DNA of 63,858 bases, filler included, from Octopus bimaculoides (lineage: Eukaryota): the NCBI RefSeq assembly GCF_001194135.2. It is 6 parts of 5 records of this genome, joined end to end, with 100 filler letters (N's around TTAATTAATTAA, not from the genome) between each part and the next. Parts side by side here need not be neighbours in the genome. Positions count along the whole stretch, not along the records: positions 34,882 to 42,491 come from NC_068981.1; positions 42,592 to 60,410 come from NC_068983.1; 4 more parts are not named here. One strand, 5' to 3'. The notes below the pieces were generated by a model. It was given only the letters and a program-made list of their open reading frames with translations, did no database searches and had not been told where the DNA came from. Position 1 is the first letter of the stretch. Every line of letters begins with the position of its first letter. A program made the translations under genes and the position numbers. This document shows, one piece after another, positions 41,360-52,459 of this stretch.

Positions 41360-42126
41360 CGTACGTACATGTTCATCTATATGTATATGAGTTGTGGTGA
41401 GTATACACATATACAAACACACATAAGGGTACTTAAAACAAATAAATTAAAGTATCGTCTCAGTGTCAAAATGTTTACGTAAATAAAGTAGCGAGTACAA
41501 CAAAAGACGTATCGTTTCGTTCGAAAATCTGTCAGGGAGTAACTAACGAGAAAACTGACGGACCTTATATAGCTATTGGCAAAGGAAATTGTGGTAGTCT
41601 AAATAGTATGAATGATGATGATGATGATGATGATAATGATGATGATGGCGATATAGTATTGAGGAAAGGGTAATAAAAAGTGGAGTAGAAGAATGAATGG
41701 AACAATATATATAGCAGAAAGGTATGTACGTGAAAAACGATAGGTACGATGATGACGGCGATGATAGCGATCGGGGTGGCGATGATAAAGGTCGTGTTGC
41801 GATGATGATGATGATGGTGATGACGACGGTATGTAAAACGAATCAAATGTGATGATAACAGCGATTATGATAAACATGAAGATAGTGACGATGGTGGTGG
41901 TGGTGGTGGTGGTAGTGGTGGTGCTGGTGATGGTTGAGGCAGTGATGACGGTAGGGTAGATGCTAATGATGATGATGGTGGTGATAGCTTTTATGACCTC
42001 TTTTACGTTCGCCTGCACTTTGGTTACACAGTCATTGATCCTTTTACTGGGTTAATATGTCGTTTTGACTGATTTTTTTATTATTATTTCCTCTCACGAG
42101 GCTAGTCCGGTGGATGTATTGTATCT

Positions 42127-42198
42127 GCTTAGCCACCGGCTTAGTCACCAGCTTAGTCACTGGCTTGGTCACTGGCTTGGTCACTGGCTTAGTCACCA
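42127..42198. repeat. 12-bp minisatellite GCTTRGTCACYR x6
   Basis: Direct reading. Confidence 0.9.
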
Positions 42199-42491
42199 AC
42201 AATCCGATCAGGTATCGAAACCACAATAATATCCGTTAGGCAGCTGATGATGGAATTATATGCTTGCCGCGCTTATCTGTGAATCTTTTATATCTTGTGT
42301 TCCCGTTTTCTAAGTAGTCTTTCATTCTCGTTGGGCTGAACTTGTGAAAGGATTCTTGGATTTTCGGTTTCTTTTCGTTTCTTCTGCAGTTTATATTATA
42401 TCGCACATTGATATTCCGTAATTGTCCTTCATTGGTGTTCTGATTATGGCAAGGGTAATACTTACTTGAGACACACACACACACACACACA

Positions 42492-42591
42492 NNNNNNNNN
42501 NNNNNNNNNNNNNNNNNNNNNNNNNNNNNNNNNNNTTAATTAATTAANNNNNNNNNNNNNNNNNNNNNNNNNNNNNNNNNNNNNNNNNNNN
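42492..42591. other. Artificial scaffold linker
   Basis: N44-TTAATTAATTAA-N44. Confidence 0.95.
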
Positions 42592-42752
42592 TATTTCATA
42601 TTGCTTCAGCAGGCCTCGGACGACGGAAGCTCGACTCCCCGTCGCTGCTGCATACGTCTTCATTTTCTCCATCTCAGCTACGCCCACCAAAAAATAGTGG
42701 CGTTATACTAAAAGAATCGCAGCGAGTAATAACACGTCTGACCAGTAAACTC
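42592..42752 (-). mobile_element. ORF1-type element E3, 5' end (5'UTR plus ORF start MEKMKTYAAATG...), cut by the scaffold end
   Basis: ATG at 42672, 27 codons open to the scaffold edge; TYAAAT resembles SYAKAT of E1; starts GAGTTTACTGGTCAGACGTG directly after a SINE-N head. Confidence 0.5.
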
Positions 42753-42818
42753 ACGGCAGACGAAATACCGCTAAGCATTTCGCCCGACGCGCGAACATTT
42801 CTGCCAGCTACCCGCCTT
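42753..42818 (-). mobile_element. SINE-N head, truncated before its B-box
   Basis: AAGGCGGGTAGCTGGCAGAAATGTT..GGGCGAAATGCTTAGCGGTATTTCGTCTGCCGT then unrelated sequence. Confidence 0.85.
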
Positions 42819-42841
42819 AAGAAGAAGGAGAAGAAGAAACC

Positions 42842-43444
42842 TTTTCTTTATTAGACATAAAGGCTAGAAGAGGTACAAAAAAATAAGAAGAAACGTTATC
42901 TTGTAAAGGCGTGTGGGTAGGAAATCCAAGTTATACAACGAGGAGGGAGCTAAAAGATGTTTCATAGTATACAGTAGAACAAATTAGAACATTATAAAAA
43001 CACACATATTTACACGGAATAAATAAAACAAATATGATAAACCATACGATAATTAAAACCAGATATTTATATATAAATTAAACGTACACTTGCGTTAAGG
43101 GCACCCCGTGTTTTTAATCAAGGTTCCATTCTACTTTCTTCCTTTACTTTCATGGTGTCCCGCTCCATATTCTGCTATGGGGTGTTTATGCTATTTAAAA
43201 AACGTGATCTTATTTTCTCTCCCATCCGTACTCCTTCTGGAAAATCCTCTGTGTAGATCTTGTTAGTTTTGTTAGTTTTGCGAAGGGCTATGAATTTCAT
43301 TTCGTTTAGAAAGAAGGTTGGTTCCTCCTCACAAGATATTGATTCTCCTTCATAAGGTAGAGTTCTTCCTCTGCAGAGAATATCTCCTATTGACATGAGT
43401 TGTACTCCACCCCGTGTATTAAACAAAACAATTACATTTACCAA
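42842..43444 (-). mobile_element. Putative 3' end of a related retroelement (E4)
   Basis: Ends TAGCCTTTATGTCTAATAAAGAAA, like the E1 and SINE-N tail-A ends; preceded by a T-rich UTR-like tract and an 89-aa ORF of unknown identity. Confidence 0.45.
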
Positions 43445-43518
43445 GTCACGAGTTGTACCCGGCGTCGTCTGAGGACAGCAACCACCATAATTTATTCCTG
43501 TTATTATTTCTTTGTTCT

Positions 43519-43572
43519 AAGGCAGCGAACTGGCAAAATCGTTAGGATGCCGGTCGAAATGCTTCGCGGTAT
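43519..43572 (+). mobile_element. SINE-N 5' part (split by E1)
   Basis: AAGGCAGCGAACTGGCAAAATCGTTAG..GAAATGCTTCGCGGTAT. Confidence 0.85.
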
Positions 43573-45140
43573 AACGGCTCTGTGAATTATTGTGAATACT
43601 GTTGTGTTACTTTGTGAAAACTGTCTCGGTGAATAATTATGATTTTTGTGGAATTATTACGGTTGTATTTCACGTGAGCTGCTGCATTTTTCCCAGCTAT
43701 GGCAAGTGGTAGTGTCTCCAGTATGGAGAGCTACGCCAAGGCCACTGCGGTGGGGAAGCCAGTGCCGCTGGAAACCAAGTTAATCAAGTTGGATATGGAG
43801 GAGGTGACCAGAAGCAGGAATTTGATAGAAGTTGAGGGTAACTCGTACAAATTGTGTCCCTCAAAAGAGACTAAAGAAAATAAGATTCTGAGGACAGTAG
43901 TGTATCGTACACAGGCTGTCGAAACCGGTAAAATTGAAATGGTGACGGAAGAAGAAATCGAGGAGTGCCTGGGTGAAATTGTCAATGAAGCCAGGTACAT
44001 CAACAAAGGAAGAAAGTTCGGTACGGTTGAGGTGAGGTTCGCCACTATAAAAGAGGCAACCAAGCATGCAACCAACATATTAAGAAGTGAGAAAATAGCA
44101 TTGCTACCAAGCTATAGAGGAAGAAGAAGTGTAAAAAATACGAATTCCCAGAGTTACACCAGATATTAAACTAGAGTGGTNNNNNNNNNNNNNNNNNNNN
44201 NNNNNNNNNNNNNNNNNNNNNNNNNNNNNNNNNNNNNNNNNNNNNNNNNNNNNNNNNNNNNNNNNNNNNNNNNNNNNNNNNNNNNNNNNNNNNNNNNNNN
44301 NNNNNNNNNNNNNNNNNNNNNNNNNNNNNNNNNNNNNNNNNNNNNNNNNNNNNNNNNNNNNNNNNNNNNNNNNNNNNNNNNNNNNNNNNNNNNNNNNNNN
44401 NNNNNNNNNNNNNNNNNNNNNNNNNNNNNNNNNNNNNNNNNNNNNNNNNNNNNNNNNNNNNNNNNNNNNNNNNNNNNNNNNNNNNNNNNNNNNNNNNNNN
44501 NNNNNNNNNNNNNNNNNNNNNNNNNNNNNNNNNNNNNNNNNNNNNNNNNNNNNNNNNNNNNNNNNNNNNNNNNNNNNNNNNNNNNNNNNNNNNNNNNNNN
44601 NNNNNNNNNNNNNNNNNNNNNNNNNNNNNNNNNNNNNNNNNNNNNNNNNNNNNNNNNNNNNNNNNNNNNNNNNNNNNNNNNNNNNNNNNNNNNNNNNNNN
44701 NNNNNNNNNNNNNNNNNNNNNNNNNNNNNNNNNNNNNNNNNNNNNNNNNNNNNNNNNNNNNNNNNNNNNNNNNNNNNNNNNNNNNATGAAACGGATATGG
44801 TTGGTGGAGACACCACCCCCTAGAACTGATTATTTGCAGTTGTTAAGGACGGACGTAACAATGATTAATGGAAGAAAGGTAACGCGAGTGTTTGGATTTT
44901 TTGAGTTACAAAACCGTTAAAATGTTTACATGACGTTGAACGTAAAAGTGAAAAACTGGATAAATGTAACCACCCGACTTCGGGGATCGAGTGGACATTG
45001 CGCCTCATTTTTTTCATTCTTGCATATTATCATTTTATTTTAATTACCCCGATTTTATGTTTGCGTTTTGTACTGTCTTTATGTTTTGCGGTGTCTTAAA
45101 AAAAATTCTTTGTGTAGCCCTTTACTGGTAATAAAGAAAT
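43573..45140 (+). mobile_element. Retroelement E1: apparently ORF1-only, inserted in SINE-N
   Basis: CGGTAT duplicated at 43567-43572 and 45141-45146; contains ORF1; ends TAGCCCTTTACTGGTAATAAAGAAAT; 605-N gap inside. Confidence 0.7.
43699..44180 (+). pseudogene. E1 ORF1 (gag-like, RRM-like region), one frameshift near 44135
   Basis: 156-aa ORF; removing one A continues it as KIRIPRVTPDIKLEW; aligns without gaps to E2 ORF1, which carries a CCHC knuckle. Confidence 0.75.
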
Positions 45141-45300
45141 CGGTATTTCATCTGTCTTCATATTCTGAGTTCAAATACTACCGAGGACAACTTTGCCCTT
45201 CATCCTTTCAGGGTCGATTAAATAAGTACTAGTCGAGTGCTGGAGCTGGTGTAATCGACTATCCCCCTTCCCCCAAATTTCCTTGTTCTTATTGACCTTT
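45141..45300 (+). mobile_element. SINE-N 3' remainder (split by E1)
   Basis: CGGTATTTCATCTGTC..TTCTGAGTTCAAAT..CCGAGGACAACTTTGCCCTTCATCCTTTCAGGGTCGATTAAATAAGTAC continues where 43572 stops. Confidence 0.85.
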
Positions 45301-46384
45301 TGAATTGAAAGCCCTAAAATGGTTTTAACTCCTACATTTATAGTAGCTAGGTTGTCTAGTATAGATACTGAGTTTTGTGACCTTCCACTCGATAACCCCA
45401 ACAACAGAGTTCTGATATTGTTTTGTGGTTACCGGGGGTCATAGGGAGTAATTAGGATTTGTATATCCATAGTGATGCCAACCAATAACATATCGTCAAT
45501 TGTTACTTCTACCCTAACCATCTACCTATATGGTACCACAAAGATGGTTACTAACTACGGATCGACATCGTTACCGATTTTCCTGAAATGACATGTATAA
45601 TACTATATGCTCTAACTCTCCCAATAAAGGGAATTTCACGTAAAATAGCTGACATTACTGTCACCAACTCTTCTTTAGGTGGACAAAGAAGTCCTTATTA
45701 CCTTCGTAAAGCAGAGGTCGGTTATTTTTCTCCTTTCGCATACCTCTGTAGTAATTGGTTCGCGCTCTTCTTGTATTAAAAAAAATCCTTCGAAGCTTTC
45801 ATTCTTGCAGCAAAATATTCCATATCAAATGTTGTTTGTTGAAAAACATGTACGGAAAACTGTCCGTTCTTCCTATTTAGGTTTGCTGTAATGAGTGTAT
45901 GTATACAGTTGCTGCTTTCGTTAAGATTTCCATGCAGTATATGTATATTCGATGTTATAATATTAATGTTATCTTTTTCCTCCTGGTAATTATTAATAAT
46001 TTGTGCTACATTTAAAGTAATATTGTTTTGTTTTTTGTGGGGTGGAGTTTTCTGTGTGAAATGTATTATTTTTGTGCGTTTTCGGTTTTCTTTCGTGGGC
46101 ATGTCGTAAGATTCATAACCATTTTTATATGCAGGTAACATGAAAATAAGAAAAATAAATTTCAATAAAAAACAAACAAATCTTATTTTTCATATTTTGT
46201 CATTCCCTCAGGTGGAAAAGTGCGAACTTCAAAAACTGTACGAGTATTTTTGATAAATACTCAATTTTATTAAGTAAAATCCTTCTCCTCGGAAAGTGAG
46301 TTGTAAACAACACCTACTCTCTCTGCACGAACTATTACTCCAGATGCAAATGATAATGATAATCCTTTCTATTATAAGTTGTAC

Positions 46385-47590
46385 CTATGAAATTTTTTGG
46401 GAGGGAGATAGTCGAGTACATCGACCCCAATGTTCAACTGGTAGTTATTTTACCAAATTCGACAGGATAATAGGCAAAATCCACCTCAGCAGAATTTGAA
46501 CTCAGATTGACGAAATGCCGTATAAGCAGTTTGCCCGCCGTGCTAACGATTCTGCCAGCTCATTGCCTTACTACCACTACTACTACTACTACTATTAACA
46601 AGAAGAATATTGACTTCGAATGTAGGCCCCCAAGACCAGCAATTTTGAGATAAGAGGACTCATCGATGTCATTGTGTCCAGTACTTGACTGATACTTTAT
46701 TTTATCCACCTAGAAGAGATGAAAGATTAAAGTTGACCTCGGGAGAATTTGAATATAGAATGTAAAAAATCGGAACAAGTGCCATAAGGTTTTATTTTTT
46801 ACACTCTAACAGTTCTTCCAGCAAGTCTGAAGGGAAGGGCCTAGTAGATGCCATTAACTTCAGTACCTGAGTGGTACCATTTTTACCGATCCCGGAAGGG
46901 TGAATGGTAAAGGTGACCTCCACGATCAGAACATAAAGACGCATTTTGTCGATACACTAAGCATTCTGCCAATCTCCCACACTAATTATAATAATAACAA
47001 CAAAAACAACAATAGCAATAATAATAAACAATAAATGTAACAACAATAGTAATGATTTCTAACATAGGCACAAGATCACAAATATGGCGCTGACAGGTGA
47101 TTACATGACTGGTACGTAATTTTACAATGCCTGAAGAATCAAAATTAAAGCCGAAAACCAGTGTGATCTGAACTCAAAATTTAATGAGTGTTGATAGTAC
47201 AAGACTACAAATTTGGAAACGAAATGTTGTGGATTAAGTTGAAGCCTGGTATTCTTTTCACCGACCCTAGGTATTCCTTTTACCGACCGTCTGGTATTCC
47301 TTTCACCGACCCTAGGAGCGAAAAACAATCCAAGCAGGATTGGAGTTCAGAATGCAGATTACAAAGTACTGTCAATCATTGTGTCCAACACTCTTCTAGT
47401 GACCAACAGCAATAATAATTTTTACATAGACAAAAGGCCACAAATTGATTCAATCAACGCCACTACATCACTCGTACTTTATTTCATCAATGCCGGAAGA
47501 ATGAAAGGCAAAGTTGAACTTGGCGGTATTTGAACTCAGAAAGTAAACAGACGGAAGAAATATCACAAAGAATTATGTTCGGCGTTTTTC
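46385..47590 (-). mobile_element. Cluster of four to five old, co-oriented SINE-N-like copies (46385-46569, 46612-46822, 46830-46980, ~47050-47180, 47425-47590)
   Basis: Each shows degenerate ATTTGAACTCAG (reverse B-box) and/or ATGAAAG..AAAGTTGACCTC core. Confidence 0.7.
47248..47314. repeat. 22-23-bp tandem repeat GGTATTCCTTTCACCGACCCTA x3
   Basis: Direct reading. Confidence 0.85.
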
Positions 47591-49300
47591 TCCCGTCCAA
47601 CAGCAAAAACAAATTTTAAAAAAATAAGACTTATTTTATTGCCACAAACAACAGCACTAATAACAATATAACATCAGTAATATGGTATAATAATGGCGGT
47701 AGTGACGTCAATAAAATACCTGAAATTTCATGTAAAAACATTTATGAGTAGCATTGAGTGAATAGTTTATATTGTACAACTTTTAGAACTTTTGGCACCT
47801 GGTTGGCTGGCTTGAATTAGCAATTGTGTTATTTGCCGTCATTGACTGAACTGACGAGTTGTTTCTAACTGGAACAGACCAAAGAGCATTGTAGCATTTC
47901 CACTTGATTGGTTCTACCGTCTGAAGTATTGTAATTACTGTCATTTAATTGGTTTACATGAAAGAGAGTTATATTGTTGTCATGCAATTGGTTAAACATA
48001 CAGAGGTTGCAGTGTTGTTACCTGAGCGATTGTTTGAATGAAAAGGAACTACGTTCATAGCATGTGTACACAAAATGTATACAATGGTATTTCCTAATGG
48101 AGAATAATGAACAGTAGAGATAGCTATGGAAGTTGAAAGCCGTTCTGCATGCATAATGCATAATTGAAACATATTGAATTGTAGATCACTCTTGATTATT
48201 CAATCCACACTGCATTGCAAGAATCATTGAAATAGTACAGGCTAAATTAGTAAACCTTAAAAGAATACCAGAACTAAAGACGAGCAGGTAGTCTGACAAC
48301 TTATGTAACTTCAACACATCACCAAATATTTTGTATTTCACTCACACTTGGAATCACGATTAATAAAGTGATGAAAGAGAATCGACAATGATGATGACTT
48401 AAGGTATTCATAACTATTCTAAACTCAAACTTTAAGAAGTTACGTTCTTCTATTACATTGTTGTTGCTGTTATTGTTTAGTCCAAACCAGCACTGATCAA
48501 TCAGACGTACGGTCAAAGCGTTCCAGCAATGACCATCCCTTCTTATATATCATTTTTAATATGCCCCTTTTTAGATCTTAAGATGAGGTTTGAAGGTAAT
48601 TCAGCTGCTATTTTTAGCAGGATGAGATAACATATAGAGACTGCTTTTCTCTAGGGTCTGATAACGCTGGCAGCATCAAAAACAGTTTGTGACCAACGAG
48701 GTACCCTCTAAGTAATCGCCCGAATAGCTGAAATTGCAACCAAATCTCTCAAAAGTGCACCCTTCCATCACATTGGATAATACAATCCCGTGTAATAAAC
48801 ATGGGATGGCCAGGCTGGAATACTCTTGAATTCTACTCGATTGACCAGGAGATAAATGAGAGCAGTTATCAGCTATGTGCTCAAATTGTGCCAAGGACAT
48901 TTTTACTTTCCATCCCGCCAGAATCAACAAAAGCAGTATCAGTATTACACTGCTTAGATTTTATCAACTATATCCTTTCTAATAAATCATATATTCGCTT
49001 TATAGTACAAGTTACTGATTTCAATTCGCAGATAGAGCTAATTCACATCATTAGGCCAGTAATGTTTCTTGACAAAGATATAAGTGTCACATCATCCTAA
49101 GTATAAAATAAACAATATTAACCATAAAGTTTGTTGTGCTGTGCCGAGTAAAATAAAATTATGCCGACACTATATAGAAAGACATTATCTTACTGTGAGA
49201 AAAGTGACGGCAATACAGTTTCATTTGTCGCCTGAAATCATTTTTTAATCTTATCTATTGGAGAGAAAATGCTGACTAAATACAGTGTACATTTAGAACT

Positions 49301-49688
49301 GTGGAAGTGCAATGGCCCATTGGTTAGGGCAGCAGAGTCGCGATCATAGCATCGCGGTTTCGATTTCCAGACCGGGCGTTGTGAGTGTTTATTGAGCGAA
49401 AAACACCTAAAGCTCCACAAGGCTCCAGCAGGGGATGGGGGCGAACCCTGCTGTACTCTTTCACCACAACTTTCTCTCGCTCTTACTTCCTGTTTCTGTT
49501 GTGCCTGTAATTCAAAGGGTCAGCCTTGTCACACTGTGTCACGCTGAATATCCTCGAGAACTACGTTAAGTGTACACGTGTCTGTGGAGTGCTCAGCCAC
49601 TTGCACGTTAATTTCTCGAGCAGGCTGTTCCGTTGATCGGATCAACTGGAACCCTCGACGTCGTAAGCTACGGAGTGCCAACAACAAC
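49301..49688 (+). mobile_element. SINE-R full-length copy
   Basis: tRNA-like head TGGCCCATTGG / GGTTTCGATTTCC, (CAA)n tail, TSD ACATTTAGAACT at 49289-49300 and 49687-49698. Confidence 0.9.
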
Positions 49689-50368
49689 ATTTAGAACTAA
49701 CGCCTTAGTTCACTTTACTATTTGCAACAAATATTAGTTANNNNNNNNNNNNNNNNNNNNNNNNNNNNNNAGCCTTGTCACACTGTGTCACGCTGAATAT
49801 CCCCAAGAACTACGTTAAGTGTACACGTGTCTGTGGAGTGCTCAGCCACTTGCACGTTAATTTCTCGAGCAGGCTGTTCCGTTGATCGGATCAACTGGAA
49901 CCCTCGACGTCGTAAGCTACGGAGTGCCAACAACAACATTTAGAACTAACGCCTTAGTTCACTTTACTATTTGCAACAAATATTAGTTACTCTGGAAATG
50001 TTGCCTGAGTTACATCGATATCAAATCTGGAGAAATATTTATCCCTTGTCTTCATATCAATAAACTGATTCTAATACAAACCATTCAAAGTTCTCATACA
50101 AGCCATAGAAATATAAACGTTAAACATTTATGTTTTCTTTATAGCATTCAACCCATGTTACTAAAACTCATTAATCAAAATACATAGTAGTTTGCCCATT
50201 TTCCTTTCCTTCATATGTGGTTAAATTGGCAGGTGACAGCCGTTAGAACAAAAAGAAAACTTCCGATCACACCATATTATGACAGGGTTTCAATTCCTGA
50301 GTCAACAACATATGCAACGCTGATGCCTTTTGTGACACATTTAAACACAATCACTTANNNNNNNNNNG

Positions 50369-50756
50369 TTCAAATTCCGCCGAGGTCGACTTTGCCTTTC
50401 AGCCTTTCGGGGTCAATAAATTAAGTACCAGTTACGCACTGGGTTCGATGTAATCGACTTAATCCCTTTGTCTGTCCTTGTTTGTCCCCTCTGTGTTTAG
50501 CTCCTTGTGAGCAATAAAGAAATAAGAGACGTTAACACGCCGGGCGAAATACTTATTGGTATTTCGACAGTCTTTACGTTCTGAGTTCAAATTCCGCCGA
50601 GGTCGACTTTGCCTTTCAACCTTTCGGGGTCAATAAATTAAGTACCAGTTACGCACTGGTTCGATGTAATCGACTTAATCCCTTTGTCTGTCCTTGTTTG
50701 TCCCCTCTATGTTTAGCCCCTCGTGGGCAATAAAGAAATAAGAGACGTTAGCACGC
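50369..50756 (+). mobile_element. Tandem SINE-N tail-A units (216-bp period) ending in a 16-nt head remnant
   Basis: AATAAAGAAATA-AGAGACGTTA at 50525 and 50741. Confidence 0.9.
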
Positions 50757-52459
50757 TGCAGTTAATTTGTCTTTGCGAGAATTTGGTTAGTAACTGTTAT
50801 TATTATTTATTGTTAAATTTTGAACCTTTGTTATTGTTCTACGTTCTGTTTTAACAGACGTAGTGGACTGTTGTTCCCCTCCTTACGGGGGGGAAAATAA
50901 TTTTTGAAATAATTTTTGGAAAAAATATTTTGGAAAATATTTATTTTTGTGAAAATGAATTCGGAGGACAGGTCTTCTAATCCTGACCAAGCTAACCAAA
51001 GCGCAGCTGTAAGACAAGACAAAATGAACGAAAATGTGAACGAAAGCCACATAAATGCAATAAACGGAAAAAGGAACCAAGAAGGAAAAATAGATGCTGA
51101 AAACGATAAAATGAATAGCAGAAAAGTAAACCCAACAGAAGACAACCAAAAGAAGATTAGATTAATTGAGAACTATGTTATTTAGTGCCACCGCAGCCGA
51201 TGTGAGAAAAGATAAATTGAACATTGAGCTAGATTCACTGCGGCAACACAGAGGTATGTTCGAAAGAGAAGGTTTTGATGTTAAAGCCACCCTCCCTAAC
51301 GAACTCATCGAAGAAACAAAGAGGAAAATAATAACATATAAGACAATGATAATAAAAGACAAGAAAATAGACAAGGCAAGGCATCGAGTTCTTGACCAGA
51401 GGGAGAAGATACACCACAGTAGTGGTGTACTTCAAAAATGATGAAAAGGTTATAAAACACTCACTCCAACCGATAAAAACCAATGAAGTCATTTTATTAC
51501 CAACTTATATGAGTAGAAGAACATCCCAAATAGTTATTGAGGAAATCCCACCAGAAATAAATGTCGTCTGGATTATATCAGCCCTTCTAATGGGGCTTGA
51601 GGATAAAATCAAGATGATTGAAGCTTCCAGAATACAACAGAACTGGCGGGGCCAAAGGCTTGAGATCAAAATCCAAGCGCCCGACCCCCAGACATTAGAA
51701 GAAATTGCTGAGAACATCCACATCGAAGAAGAAACCACCTTGCGGGTAATGGTGGAGGGCAGGAAATCCAGATGCTACGAATGCGGTGAAAAAGGCCACA
51801 TTCGGCTAAACTGCTCCACCCGCAAGGAGAAANNNNNNNNNNCGACCAGCAAAACCCCGGCACTGATGGTGTTCAACAAGCCGGGGAAAAAGACGGCTGG
51901 TTGGTAGTAAGACCCCAAAAAAGGGAAAATAATAACGAGTCAACCCAACCCTACAACACCAAAAGAAAAACTCAGGACACTCAAAGAAAAATTACCCCAC
52001 CCCACCACTATTCCCCCGCAAAAGTCAACAATATCAGATTCCTCCCCATCCTATTCCTCCCCATCCTATTCCCCCCCCCCNNNNNNNNNNNNNNNNNNNN
52101 NNNNNNNNNNNNNNNNNNNNATTCCTCCCCATCCTATTCCTCCCCATCCTATTCCCCCCCCTCTCGGCGATGAGTCCCTCCCTTACCCCTCTAGTTCGGA
52201 TTTCCCCGAACATACCCCTCTCCCAGACATCACCCCTCACCCGCCAAGCCCAGGCAATCTGTCCCCGATATCAAGTCCAAGAAAATCTAACGACTATAAG
52301 GAAATCTTGACTGCAATAAACAATGATAACGAACAATTAAAAGAAAGGTTAAAGCAAATACCAACGGAGTCAATTTACAAGCATCACCATAAGACTCCAG
52401 AAAATATTGCTATTTACAAAATAGATAAAATTAACTATAACATCTTTAAAAACTTAAAA
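50757..52459 (+). mobile_element. Retroelement E2: degraded ORF1 (Asn-rich N-terminus, RRM-like region, CCHC knuckle, Pro/Ser-rich tail), 3' end lost
   Basis: ORF pieces 50916-51185, 51166-51441, 51392-51907 with CYECGEKGHIRLNC; a further ~100-codon open frame ends at ~52469; no ORF2 seen. Confidence 0.8.

Noticed and set aside
41510-41550. CTGACAGA..GAAAC on minus as a hammerhead
   Set aside because: Core spacing wrong and no stem I pairing
42127-47314. 12-bp and 22-bp repeats (also 14-bp at 20894 and 20-bp at 29463) as CRISPR arrays
   Set aside because: Contiguous tandem units without unique spacers, no cas genes, eukaryotic context
49522-49989. 219-bp direct duplication around a 30-N gap
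   Set aside because: Near-identical (two substitutions noticed) and abutting a gap; typical uncollapsed allele or contig overlap
52038-52160. SSPSY repeats as an RNA polymerase II CTD or extensin
   Set aside because: 15-bp pentapeptide repeat inside transposon ORF1, duplicated across a gap; not the YSPTSPS heptad
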